Assembly (NCBI RefSeq): GCF_964204645.1
Contig: NC_134025.1
Coordinates: forward strand, 3,906,001-3,970,000
Direction: 5' to 3'
Length of the DNA: 64,000 nucleotides
From: Tubulanus polymorphus
Taxonomy: Eukaryota > Animalia > Nemertea
Shown here: in pieces, positions 26,525 through 40,400 of the stretch
How positions within the stretch are numbered: position 1 is the first letter of the stretch
Layout: each line of letters starts with the position of its first letter
Program-made: the position numbers and the translations under genes
Notes under the pieces: model-generated
The model's database searches: none
What the model saw: only the letters and a program-made list of their open reading frames with translations
Told to the model about the DNA's origin: nothing

Positions 26525-29500
26525 TCATTGATCACAATTCAAATCCAACAATTCTTTATTATTATTCTCTAGGCACGTAATATTATCACTCTTCAACAAA
26601 TGGATGCTATCTAGACATTGTGTAAGATGATCCAAGCAATCGCTTTCTTTATGAATTGAACTCGAAATGTCTATTTTATCAATGTTTCGTCCAGCGAGAT
26701 CATTCAGACAATGAACTAAAGATATTTCTCCTACTGGACACTTAGCAATCACAAGTTCAGCAGTTTCCTTAATAACAGGATCGACATTTGACGATTCTGT
26801 TTGAACAGCATATAGAAGACTTCCAACATAACGGATATTATCCTAAAAGAAATTAAGAAGACAAAAGATACGATCAGCTCATGTGAAAACTTCAGAGGTT
26901 CCCTCAGCCCTATTTAACATTTACCTTTGATATATCGGGAGACTTGATTATATCGTGAATAGATTGGCACAGATCTGTCACAGAAAGTAAGTCAACTCGT
27001 TGCAAATGTAGAATCAACTTTGTCAGAGTTCGTTGAGATATATTCTGTAAAGTAGTTGTAACTGGTAAAATATGATAGAATGGAGAAAAAAGTAATTCCA
27101 AAAATCACAATTTCTAAACTTACAACATCTGGAGAAAACTGATTTAACATATGCATGTAGTTCCCACACAGAAACTGTCTGGCATTCATGTAAGGTTTTA
27201 ATCTATTGGTCCACAAGTCCAATAAGATCTTCAAAATATCCTCTGTCAGCATATTGGGGCAAAAGGTAACTATGAAAAAGAATAGCAGAGATACCAGTAC
27301 TATAAATGAATTAAGAAGCGGGGAATAATCCAATATTCATTTGCAGGCATTACCTATACTGATTGCAAGCCATCTAGTCAAACTTGCCATAGTCTTGTAT
27401 GTGACAACAACCATATCCTGATATATAACAAAGAAATGAAAATGACTGTTCTATCACTCATACGATCACTTCGATAAGCTATACAGTAACAAACCTGTCT
27501 ATAATTCATTGTATACATCATATCCAATAAAACTTTGTTAATTCTATCAATTCCATTTTTTCCGCGAGATTCATGAAACTCCTTCAAAAACTCCTGAAAT
27601 GCGCATAACATAATGTAATTGAATTTAGAAGGAATTTATGTACTCAGTTTCATAAACACTTACTCTCATTTGTACTACAACATGAACTGGTGGTTTGCTG
27701 TTGTTGTGAGATTTTTCAGATTCAGATTTTTCTTCAGTAATTTCTGGCTCCATATTTTGCACTAAGTTATCATTTGGCATATCATCTAAGATACCATTAT
27801 TACTACTGTTTGCTTTCTTTTTCTTCAAAGACTTTTCAAGTGCAGCGCTGATTTCTTTTCTGAACATATCTGTAAGAAAGTATATGAGTTGAGAGTATAT
27901 AGTATTAGTGATGAATGGATTTACCGCAGTATGCCGATATCAATTGATGAATTCATACTTTGATTCATGTGAGTGTTCATCCAGACAATAACTTTCTCTT
28001 TAGCACAGCGTTGACAGATTTGTTTGGCGACACTAAGTACACTAGGTGAGGTCTCCTCTGGTAAAACCATTGTCAGTAGCGTAGCAGCACGTTCATCTGT
28101 ATATCTAGATAAATATGTCAAGAACATATCTCATGAAAAATACGGTTGAAAATATGTATTTACAAGATCTTGGTTTAAAGAATTACCCATTGGCAGCATC
28201 AATTCCATCACATTTTGCCTTTTTCGCTATTGCAATTGCTTCATCGTCCTTGTTCATATTATCCTGAAATAGTATATTAGGTGAAACTTCAAATAACATT
28301 CAACTAGGCTTATACATCGAAAAATATAGGACTTACAGATATTCTGTTATCATCATCACCATTTTTGGCTAAGGTATCGCCAATTTGTTTTGCTTGTCTC
28401 AATAATACAGGTAGAGTTGTGTTACGGAATATTTTGATATAATTTGACGCCACACGATCAGCGATGAAGTCAACGCAGCGTTTCATTGATGCAGGATGAT
28501 TGTGAAATAAATTTTCTTCCAGTTGAACCTAAAAGACCAGTTCGACATTATTACAACAATTCTTAGACAAGAATCTACAATTCAAATAGCGTATAGATGC
28601 ACCTGAATATTCTTATCAGAAAATGAGACAGAGGTGTGTTGATCCGCAGAAATTGGAGTTATCTTTCGAATCTGGTTATTTCTGCTGCTAGCACCGATTG
28701 CAAATTCCACCAGTAATGACCTTATTTCATCTAGAAAACACAATAGAGTACCGGTACATATACTCTATAATTCACCCAAAAGATAAAGTTTTTTTCTCTC
28801 AATTTCTAGGAATTTACTCAAATAAGAACAACATGTGTATAACACTTGAGGGCTTATCAACTCAACAGTGTCCTGAAAATATAACAGAAAATATTTCTGT
28901 ATTGTACATGAAATTACAGAAACACTGAATTTAAATTCAGATTTTTCGATCACATACCAAAGTCATACTTCTAGGTGACGGCAACATTTGGATTTTTTCA
29001 TGCATAAAGAATACACCATCAGGCAAAGCAGGAATCTGAATACAACAGGTTTATGAGATGTAAATAGGAGTTGTACGCAGTAAATTTCACGACAACATAT
29101 CGAAGAGTTTTACTGACCTCAAAAAACCATCCGAGGAGAACAATCAGGAGAAACATTGTAAGAGTATGCTCCATTCTGGCATAACAATGATAGGCCATTT
29201 TATATATACGAATCAGTAAAACTACAATGGCCTTGAAATAATCTAAAGAATAAGCCATTGGATCCATCATACTCAAATATTCAACAATCCATGGAACAGA
29301 TAGAATACATCGTCCTGACTTAACTGCTTCTTCCAAACATTGAAGAATATCGATACCTTGCCTCGCCTAGAAATATGAAAAGTAATGCACATTTATAATC
29401 AATCATTTATCAAATAATCTCGAGCTCACTTCACTTACAAGCATTTTGCTTCGTTGGTCGAGGTACGTGGTTTTTAGTGAGTCCGGCAAACTTTCAGGAG

Positions 29501-32500
29501 TTTGGTACGGTAGAAATATAATGAATCCAAGAAATTTCCCCAGAAGTCGTGATGTTGCTACACATGATGAGAACAGAGTTCGCATTTCTTGGTCGACCAC
29601 ACATCCATTTGTCTCATTGTCCAATAGATCAATATTCACTTCATTGAACTACAAATACGTACAAATTTCTAAGTTTTTTCCTTGTTAAAATACAATCTAA
29701 CAACGCCCAAAATTATAACATATATAACGATACCTCTTTGATTTTTATAGTCATGTTGTCAATAAGATGCTGATTGAATACATGACTTTCAGCAGCTGTA
29801 ATGAAATCTTTAAAGAACTCCTGACATCCTGTAAAACCTGGAGTTGGAGAAGGACCTCCAACTGTGTATGGTGTGGTGAATCTTTCCTGCAATCTATGGA
29901 TTATAACAGAACGTTGATTTACGAACATTTATTCACCACGATAATAAATGACAAATTCCACTCCAATTGAAATGTTTTCTGTACCTCTTAAACTTTTCAG
30001 GATTCGACTTCTTCAGTTGTGAGAGTAATGTAATGTTATCAGCTTCACTGTCTATGTATAAACCACTGTCTCCTTTACACATCTGGCAAACAAAATAAAC
30101 ATTTTGAATAACATCAATCATCTAGATGATTATGATTGAATAGCTATAGGTCCTCACCTCGATCAGTTGGGACTGAAACAATCTAACAAAATGTACATGG
30201 TTTGCTAAAGACAATCGAACGCTAACCAGACTCTTAATACGCTGTCTAAATTCATCGACCATTTTCCAACCAGGGATGAGATGTTTGTCTTGCCATTCAC
30301 GAATCAACTCGTAAAAAATATCCCTGCAAAACAGTTTCATTTTTTCTATAGAGTTGCAGCATTGAAATGAACTGTTCTGAAAAATAGATCCTCCCTCACC
30401 TTTGTTTTTTGAATTCATGAAATGATCGTTCATTGGGAAAATTTCCTTTATTGTCTGTGTCAACTTGAAAGGATACTCCACCAATAGGAGACATCAAACT
30501 AGTATTCAGCTGAATGAAACACAATAAAATAATGCACAATATCTTGAATTAATGAAATATTTTTAAAGTTTTGTTATTTTCTAATGTTCATTTACCTTCA
30601 CTGGTGAAGAGCTGAAAGCTTCCGACAATGTGCTTCTTAATGAAGGGGTAAAACTAGAGATTCGTATGTTTTCAGCTAATAAGCGTAAGGTACCTTTATC
30701 AAGTAGACAAAGTAATCTGAAATAAGATGTTTAAAATGAAATGAATGAAACATAGACCACACCGAAGAAACCGTATATTATGAAATGTAGATATAGAATA
30801 CATGGTTTACCTTGATTGCCTTTGTAAAACACTGACAGCAAAAAACACAGCGTTATGCACAGATATGAAATAATTACTGCCTATCAGATCTAAATCAATA
30901 ATGAGATATACATATAATAGTAAAACAGAATGAAAAGTCGGACAGATTTTACACTGAATTCTACTAACCAGTAGAGATATTGGATGCTGGATCATAATCC
31001 GTCGGACCTTGAACTGTCAGAAGTTGTATTATGAAGTATAATTCAACGGTTATATTAGAAACGAGACAACCTGAAGTTAAAGCACATAACCACAAATCAA
31101 TGCAAGAAATGATATATGAAACAACTTAACATAAGAAAATTCGGGTACGTACCATCAAGTAACCCAGAATGGATCTGTGCTAGTAAATCTAACTGATCTT
31201 CATGAGTTACTTCTTCTCTGTCAGCTGTTATGTATTCTGTAATACTAGTAGATCGTTGCGTAAGTATTTTAGAAGGCGTGGTATTCATTATAAGCTGATC
31301 AGTGATTTGAGAACTGTCACCGCAACTAGTTCGACTGTTTTGTAGAACGGCTATTTTCATTTTCTCCCTTTCTTGCCTGTAATGATACAAAAAATGCCTC
31401 ACTCTTCAAATTCATTAAAACTACAGGGAAAAACTACGATATGACTTGTCCTTACCGAAGAAGTTGTCGCTCAGTTTCTAAATTGAATGCCTTTTCTTGA
31501 AGTACATTTTGAAATGCTGGATGCCCTTCACTTTGAGGCGCAGGTGAACTCATGATGGAAGACTGCTGGTTCTGACTTACAGGCTGGACTTTATGAGATA
31601 TACACGTAGGCGTGATTCTTCTCGTTGGAAAAGTTCTAACAAAACAGAAATTTACATTTGAGGCTATGACAAGCAGCTGATATTGTATCAATATTACGAA
31701 TTAGATATTTAAAGGACAACTACCTTTTTTGTTGAGGTGAATCACACCCGACAGGAGGAAAGTCATCTGTATTATTCAGACTGAAAATAGGTGGATTTGT
31801 AGAATCCGCTGGTGCAGGAAAGATCATTAAACGACGCTGTAATCCGGCTGATGGAGATGGTTTTTTTAACGATCTCCGTCCTCCCGAACGAGGTGATGGC
31901 GAGCCGTCGTTCTTCCAGTTTTTCTGCATTGGTTTTTTCTTCCAGCTGTCGTGATCCGGGGTAGACGTCGTCAGGAAGTCTCCGAGCGTCGAACGTTGCT
32001 TCGAGCGATCATTCGGCGACGCTTCGAATGGACTCGAATAAGTGTTCGGCTTCCTCCAACGTCTAGTGCCACCCGAATCAAATACAGACGATGAATCTGC
32101 CGATGAATTCGGCGAGGAGATAAACTTATTATCAAACGACTTGTCTCTGAACGATGTCGGAGATTCAAACGGATTATCAGAAAATAACTGAACACGGTTA
32201 GAGCTCGATCTTCGTGAAGCTGGTCTCATGATCGATGATGGGTTTTCAGGTTTCGTGGATATATTTACAGGTGTTTTAGCCGGAGATGGGTTGGCGGTCT
32301 TGCTCGATTGTAGTAATGGCAAACTTTGATCGCGCAAATAATTGAGAAAGAACGGAATGAATTCATGACGCACTATATCCAGATCTTTCAGACAATCGGG
32401 AATCGGTTCACTCTGAAAAGAATATTGAGAAAAAGTGAAGTAAATCTTTCCTATCTATTTGCTTTTAGGTGTGATTGCGCAATGACAAAAAAATTTTAAA

Positions 32501-32679
32501 AATTCACATTTTGAGTCAATCAACAAACAACTAGTCAGATGTGGATTGATAAATTATATCCTCAGCTATCAAACATAGTTCAGCCTTACCTGTTTGTCAG
32601 TTAAATGCCCAGACAGCCAAGTAATTAAATTTTCAGTAGACAAATTGCCTGAAAAGACTAATTCAAGTACAGCCGCCAT
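26525..32679 (-). CDS. CDAN1: Codanin-1 (Discs lost orthologue), multi-exon
   Basis: MAAVLELVF start; FIPFFLNYLRDQS; ASF1-binding B-domain [110 protein letters not shown]. Confidence 0.93.
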
Positions 32680-32943
32680 TTTATGCACATGTGACCTGTC
32701 AAGCAATCTAAACTCACCTGCTGAAACAACTCCTATGATAAAATGGCTCTCAAATTAATTTTATCATTTTAAGCAGAAAATTACTCCTTCATCGTTATAA
32801 AATTATTGATTCCTATAATTCTTAGTTTTTATTTTTGTTTCAATAGGGATTTATTCTGTCATCATAGTTTTGAATCATTCTTCGACGTTTCGTTATGACG
32901 TTTTATTCTAAATATTTCACTATCGGTGACAAAAAACGTAAAA

Positions 32944-33992
32944 ATGCCGAAACGTCGCAATCCATGGGAAAATTCATCCCCTCTTCAACTAAAAACTCGC
33001 ATTGGGTTTAAAGAGATTGCTTCTGGAGTGAATGGTGATCATTATATGAAGGCTGTTTACGGTAAAAATATCTTTTTCATGAGTTATGTTCCAAAATTCA
33101 ATTAATTCAATAAACATAAAATTTAAGATTTCAGGGCCTTAAACTTAATTTCAGTTTGACAGCAACTTTTCCAAGTTGTACAATTACATTTTCATGTACT
33201 TGCTTTAAAACCATGTTACGTCTTATCCTTTATTTAGAAAAAACTAAAGAATTACTTTTTGCCGGCGCCCGCAAAGAATCAACGACTTGTCCGACGAGTA
33301 GTATCGATTTCGGAGAGTATGGGGGTGGAGGAGGTAGTATTGAGCATTTACTGGACGAACCGATACCAGTAGGCCAAACTGCTCTCGACAAAAATGGTTG
33401 CGTCATTGGACGAATTGATTATAATGAGTTGTCTAATGTAATGGATCATCACGTCATGGATTGCGTCAGTGATTCGCAAATGTCTTCTCAAGGATCTACT
33501 GGCTCTCAAAGTACTCTCAATATGTACGGCTTCTTTAAGTCAGGTAAAGGATAGGGAAACTCAAAAACAGAAGTGGGGAAACATGGACTTTAGATATTTA
33601 ATGCTAATAATTTCCAGATTTTGACTGTTTTCTTTGATTATTTAAGCTCCTGCAGTTACCAGTACGCCTCATCCATCACCAGCTAAAGGTTGTCAGTGTT
33701 GTGGAAAGAATACTGCCCGTCCAGTGCTGAAGTGTGGTTTCTGTTCAAGAAAGATTTGTCTGGACTGTCATCGAACTTGCAATTCGTGTCAGCAAGGATT
33801 TTGTAGCTTGTGTTCAACTATCAAGTATGTATCTCATGAAATACATTTTATTATTGATTTACCGCTGTTCGGTTTTAGGATTGATACCTAACATTAAATG
33901 ACTCATTCAATTAACCATCGTCCAACCTTTATTCTATTTTCAGTTATAACAACAGTATGGAGCAGATTTTTTGTTTGAATTGCTTTTCATAG
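32944..33992 (+). CDS. SIVA1: Apoptosis regulatory protein Siva (4 exons)
   Basis: MPKRRNPW...LQLKTRIG...YMKAVYEKTKELLFAGA N-terminus; Cys-rich C-terminal zinc fingers CQCC...CGFCSRKICLDCHRTCNSCQQGFCSLCSTINY...FCLNC. Confidence 0.92.
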
Positions 33993-35506
33993 TTTAAAAA
34001 AGCGATATACTTTTGGTCAACTTCTTCTGTCATGTATAATAAAGTATAGGTTTTCTATTTATTTTTTGATGCACATCCTTGTAATCAACCGATGAGGATT
34101 TGTTGTATATTTTTCCATCTATCTATTTGTTATCTATTACATGTAAATATTTTGTCATTGAAATGCTGAACATCTGTGCTTTGATTAAATCGAGCTTTCG
34201 TCATTACATGTGTTGTTAAAGAATCTATGTTTGTGAACATTGGATTTTGAAAAATTGAGATTACACTTCTATTTTACTGCTGTACACCTAATAGTAGTAA
34301 CTTGTGATAAACTGCATTTACATCAGTTGATTTCTATATACACATGATGAACTGTAATATTGTAGGATTAGTGATTTATATTTTTGTAAATTAAACAATT
34401 TTCTGCATTAATTCTCTATTGTCTTATTTTATTGATGCATTTCCTGACAAATTCCGCTCTATTTGATAAAGTACTGAGGTGTTGCTAATACTCCCATCAT
34501 CTAAGAACTTGCTAAACAAGGGAAGAACTGAGCCTTACGTCCAATAATTGTCCCTCCAGCAGACTGGAACATCGATGGCTTCGCCGGTGTATCAATGGCT
34601 TCGTTTGGGCGAAGTAGACTCGGTCTGATCAAGGATCATATCAGGAGGAAAGCTGGTTGTGAACAGGGAATGTCGTAGCCCTCAAAACCTTACAAGAAGT
34701 CAGTGGAATTGAAATAACACATAATTGTAAATATTAGATTTTATTTTTTAAGAATAGAGAATTCATTCTACAATTCTGTATGAATGTTTGAAAAAAACAT
34801 TCTTTTTAACTACCGATGCATGTTCTACACCGTACACTTCTCGCTTGTTTTAGCAAAACATCATAATAGATCTACAACAAAAGTAGGGTTATCAGATTAA
34901 CATGTGAGTCATGAATGGATTTGTTTACCTATGTATAGACTTGAATATACGGAGTAGATTACTCATAAAATGCCTCTGCTTATTACTTCGTTAGTTGTGA
35001 AAGCCATTCTACATGTAATGATAATATGTACATGTATACTATGGAGTAAGTAATGTCTCCGATAATGAAACTAGTCGATAAAAAAGCATTCATTCGAGTA
35101 AAATATCAAATATGTAGTAACATTTTAAATAATTCTCGGTAACATACAGTAGAAAAATAGACATTTCAACAAAATTTCACAATAACATACAATATCAAGT
35201 CAATAAATCTTCAACAAATTTTGAATATGTTGGGATCACCTTTTACTTAATAACCAGCAGAATGTCTCTCTAGTTCTTGTGACTGATTATTAAAGTAATT
35301 TGTTAATACCACAAGTGAAACAATAAGGCTGTGGTTATATATATATATATATAATTTGAAAATAGTTTCTGCATTAGTGTGACGGTTAAGACGGGTACAG
35401 GTAATGCGCACTATATCGACTTGCGACTGCTTGAGTTACCCTGTGGTTGAACAATATGATCTCAAACACTTTCATTCAATACCTACATGTTTTAGGCAAC
35501 CTAGTA

Positions 35507-35680
35507 CAATATGACTTGCTTAATTCGGATCGGTTTTATTCGGATTTTCAATTATCTCGGACTAAAATTCCAGTCCCCTCTAGGTTATCTATATTCAAAT
35601 GAGAGCACATAATTGGGATTTCATTTAACTCGGACAATATTTTCCAGTCGCAGGTGATCCGAATTAAGCGAGTGCTACTG
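35507..35680. mobile_element. Tc1/mariner-type MITE (TA-flanked)
   Basis: ta|caatatgacttgcttaattcggatc ... gatccgaattaagcgagtgctactg|ta; ~25-bp imperfect TIRs. Confidence 0.7.
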
Positions 35681-37416
35681 TACCTCGAAATGAGCCTTCC
35701 ACTTATGCGATATTATGAAACATATTTAGTATGGACGGTGGGTTTTGATAAGACAGAAAAACGTGGCATGCATTAAACGATATTCACGTAACTAATAAAT
35801 ATACCGTACTGGTATTATTCGATCTACACGTGCGATACATTCATTTCAACATGCAAATAGTTTTAAATAATTTGTCGCGCTAAATATATCAATTTTTTTA
35901 GCACCACACTTACACGGTATATAAATGGTAATCATATACCGGTATTCACACCAGTACTATAGAATCTTAGTAATTTCCTAGTCTACATATTTTAGGCAAA
36001 AAAGACGAATTCCAAAATAAATACTCCACTACGCTAAGAAAAATTCATTCTCTGCTAGTTTTTTTTTCTATTGATAATGAAATGGGTTGTAAAATAATCT
36101 GAAGTATTTTTCATTACATTGTGTAGAATATCTTTAAGAATATCCAAGAGCTATAAAATCATGCAATAGCTCGGTATATTAATTTGAAACTTGTAGTACT
36201 TAATATCATCTAAAACCTTATAAAAACCGTATTCATTCATTGTTCAATTTATAGTCAAATTTCGAATGAAAACTACGTAAACAAAATCCAGTTGACCTAT
36301 TGTGGCATACTGGTAAAATTCTAAACCTGTTCTATGTACAATAAGTGAACGTATGAATTTGACATTTGTATTCTGTTGACATATTTTATAATGTTGCTTA
36401 ATCAAGGATCGCCACTGTTTAATAACAACTTTATATACAGGTATATTTACAATTTATTCCCTGAAAGAAGCACCAGATGAAATGTAAATATTTTCAGTTT
36501 TATCATGCAGCTAATACATGCACCATAAAGAGAAATTTCACCCAAGATGTTAACATTTGTACAGAAACAATCTGGTAACTTAAGCAATTGGCGGAGGCCC
36601 ACGTTGCTGATTCATTATAACTAACTAGCTGCCAACCAATGTATGAATATGAAAGATAGACATATTTACGATATGTGATACGTTTACAAAATGAATCTTT
36701 GATTTACATTAGGGAAGTATTTCTAATATACAGTAAGCTGATATGTTCTGTAATACGACAGAGAAAAGTTTGGCACGTTTACCATTGAATCATATCAAGT
36801 TAAAACTCTCGATTCTGTACCATTAAAAAAACCAATTTATAAATACATAATAGCTATGCCACAATATACAGGATGCATTTATAACATACAAATTCCATTC
36901 GCATTCATTCAAAATAAAATTTGTTCCACTCATCAAATAATTAACATTCCATTACATTAATTCATTGAAGAATCAAGCATGTTCAAAAGGCCAATGAGCA
37001 TTTTTATCATAATGATAGTTTAGTGTTAAAGCATAGCAGCATATTTTCATCACTTCAATAATTCCCATTATGTCTTTTATCACAGATTATATTTTAGAAT
37101 GTTAAAAGTGCACATTTTCTACTGTAGCATTATGACTACGCTCTATGTACGATACTGTAATATCCTAGCGGAAATAACCATTTCTATGCAACCTATTTTG
37201 GATATTTCATAACATCATTCCTACAAGGGTAATATCCTTAACAAAACTAGTAGCTGATTCTGAATTAAGTACCGTAAGTAGTATTGCCAATCATCAGCTA
37301 TATTTAACTATCTATTCAGATCTGATCATTTATGAACTGTCCTCAAGCATTTCTACATAGGATCCCTTTCTATCTCTTTAACACTAAATACTTTAAAGTA
37401 ACATATATCAATTCCT

Positions 37417-40400
37417 TCAAAAGTCGTCATCTCCACTAAGATCAGCAGTAGTAGAATATGGCTTGTTCTTTGACGTGGAAGCCTCTGATTTGTCATTATT
37501 CGCGGCTTCTTCCATCGGTGTTATATCAGTTAATGTAGATCCCAGTTCATCGTTGTGATTATTTCCCTCGTTTCCGCGTTTAGTCGATGGTGTCTGTTTG
37601 TTGGCGCCGTTAATTTGACCGGTCGAATCCTGCGATCGCTTGCGTCGTCTTTCGCGCGGTTTCGGCTTCACTAACGTCATATCGAGTTGACCGGGTTTTA
37701 AAGTCATCGTGAACGACTTGTTGTCTCTCATCCATTTCTGATCGGTAGGGAGGCGGTCGGTGCTGATTTCTGTCGATTCCGACTGTCCCTCATCTCCGCC
37801 ATCGATTGTATCGCCGGTCACGTTATCTTCTAGAGTTAATTGCCGCATGCGACTTGCCACGTCTATTTCTGAAGATTGTTCGTGATCACTGAAAACCGGT
37901 TCGCTCTCCTCGGTAGCTGATTTAATTTCCACTGAGTCTGTAACGCGCACTGTCCTCTGTTTCGGCGTCGGTGGTAAATGAACCTCTTTAGTATCTATTT
38001 CGACAGTTTTATGTAAATCAGACGAATTGTACTTGTTATCATCGATGTCGATGTTATTCGATACTCGTTTCGACGACGTTTCAAATTTATTGTCATTTTT
38101 CGCGTCTAATTGCGAGTATGAAACATCCTGTCGACGTTTCCAAGACGACGAAGATGAGAAATCGTGATGATTCAAAGAATCCGACATAGATATCGTGCTC
38201 TTGTAACCGAAATGTTCATCGTCGTCTTCATCATTTGCTGGAATACCTAAATCCTGTCTCAGTTTATTCAGTAATTCACGCATGCGATTCTGAAAAAAAA
38301 ATTCATAAAAATTAAGTTCCAAAAGTCTAAACATATTCACTGCTATTCTACAAGTCATACTTATAGAACTGTCGTTATGATATTTGTCCCGCGTAGCCAG
38401 GTGAGTTTAAGTGCTTTAAAATGCATTGATAACCAACTACGTACTTATAGCATGCATATTTAATATTTACGTGCTGATAAAATTTGGTACACGTGGCTGA
38501 CAGCTTATGTATTCATATTCAAGAATGATCGAAAGTATACATACCAACTTCAATCCTTTATCTTTATGTTTTTCGAGGTGATGCTCAAAAACTTGCTTCA
38601 GCACTCTACAGGAAAAGATGAAATAACGTGAGAAATCTAAAACGCATATCTATGAGCTAGTTTCAAGAATCGGTAGTTACCTGTTTGTAAATATTCCTCT
38701 TTCTAATACATCGCTCGTCACATCTCTCACAAAATCCAAATATTTCAATTCTTCCTCTCTGAATAAAAAGGCAACCAAGAACATAAACGCATTAAGTAGA
38801 TTATTTAGATGAATATCTAGTGACAAAACGAAGTAGTAGTGACCATGAAACCAATACTGAAAACATACACGTGCGTTCACAATAGACAAGTGCATGGACA
38901 TAAAACAAACCCTAGATTGACCACTAAGTTAAACTAAAATTGCACATACACATCATAACAGAAAAACAAATAACTTATTGTGACATGGATGAACCTTTGG
39001 TATGAAATTTTCCAAAACCCACCACTCACATTTAATATTGTGCATATCAAGCCATTGATAACATCTTTACGTGCTTACATACAGGATACAAACATAAAGT
39101 ACTTACTCCTGTGATATTTTAAGCATTGTGTCTGATTTTACACTGAAATAACCGAAATGCGCATCGAAACATTGACAAATACTACATTTATTTAATGAGG
39201 ACAATATCAACGGTAAACTACTGATCATGCGCAATTTGTAAATTATCGATTCTCTAAAGCATCTATACAAAGGTATTTGTTTCATAATGAATACCATATC
39301 AACTACATGAAACATTGTTTGAATACCATATCAACTAGATGAAACATTGTTGATCATACACCGGTACAATCTGTAGTTCATCAATCATGCAGCCACATAA
39401 AGTCTATCACCATCTTATATTATGCATGGATACACTTATCAACACTATGCATTAGACATGAAATCTAATATCATTTTTGTACAGCAACCATAGCATTAGA
39501 AGCCAGCAGCTTGTTTCAATAAGTCTTGACAGAGAGTAAAAGAGTAGGTAACATACCTGTCCATAGAACGTGCTGTTTGAATTGTTCCTAATTCACGGGT
39601 TTCCATTCGGCCGGAATAAAACCCAGATTTATTACGTGTATTTGGCATCGATTCATTAAATCTAAAAAAAAACCATTTTATAGGTTTCAATTCAGTTTTC
39701 ATAAGAATTTAAAGGAGCCAGTTACAAAAGTTGTTGAATAAAACAACGGTAAAGGAACTAATTCTTGGTTGATTTGGGTACCTCGAATCCCTGGAAGTTC
39801 GGTATTGAGCTTTAGTCGCTTGTTCGTGTAACCATTTCATATGATCTTGATCAACAGTAATATCCAGTTTTGGCACATCTGATTTTCGCGCGCTATCAAC
39901 ACGTGAAAAATCTCTACTCTGTAGAGTTTCAAACATGAGATTTTCGCTCTCATCTTGGTGAACGCGACCGTTAGTTCCTGAGTTTTTTGGCTGCTTTTCC
40001 GAAGATTTTCCATTCTTTTTTTGAGGCGGTGGGTTGTAATAGCGGAATTCACTGAGCTTCGATCTACGATTGGTTTTCAATGTCCGAGGCGTAAAAGGGC
40101 GTCCTTCGGTGAAACTGTCCGAATGATCATTCAACAAATCACCTGCACAAATAAACAATTTTTGAAGAAAATATTTATCCTATTCCATCATCAAACAAAC
40201 ATAGGTTCTAAAAATTACATTAGAGCAAAAATACATCAAAATTAATGTATTTCTTATGAGATATAGGAAAATTGATAATAGGAGCCCAAACAGAGACATA
40301 ATGACTGTTGAAGAGATATTTACCTGCACTTGTTCGTCGAGGAGAACCAGGGGGTGGATTTCCACTTCCACTTTTCACATAATCCGGTATATTTGAACGT

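Noticed and set aside
34560-34590. GTSMASP peptide resembling the subtilase catalytic-serine motif
   Set aside because: Not followed by HVAG-like residues, the frame closes quickly and no other subtilase motifs are nearby.
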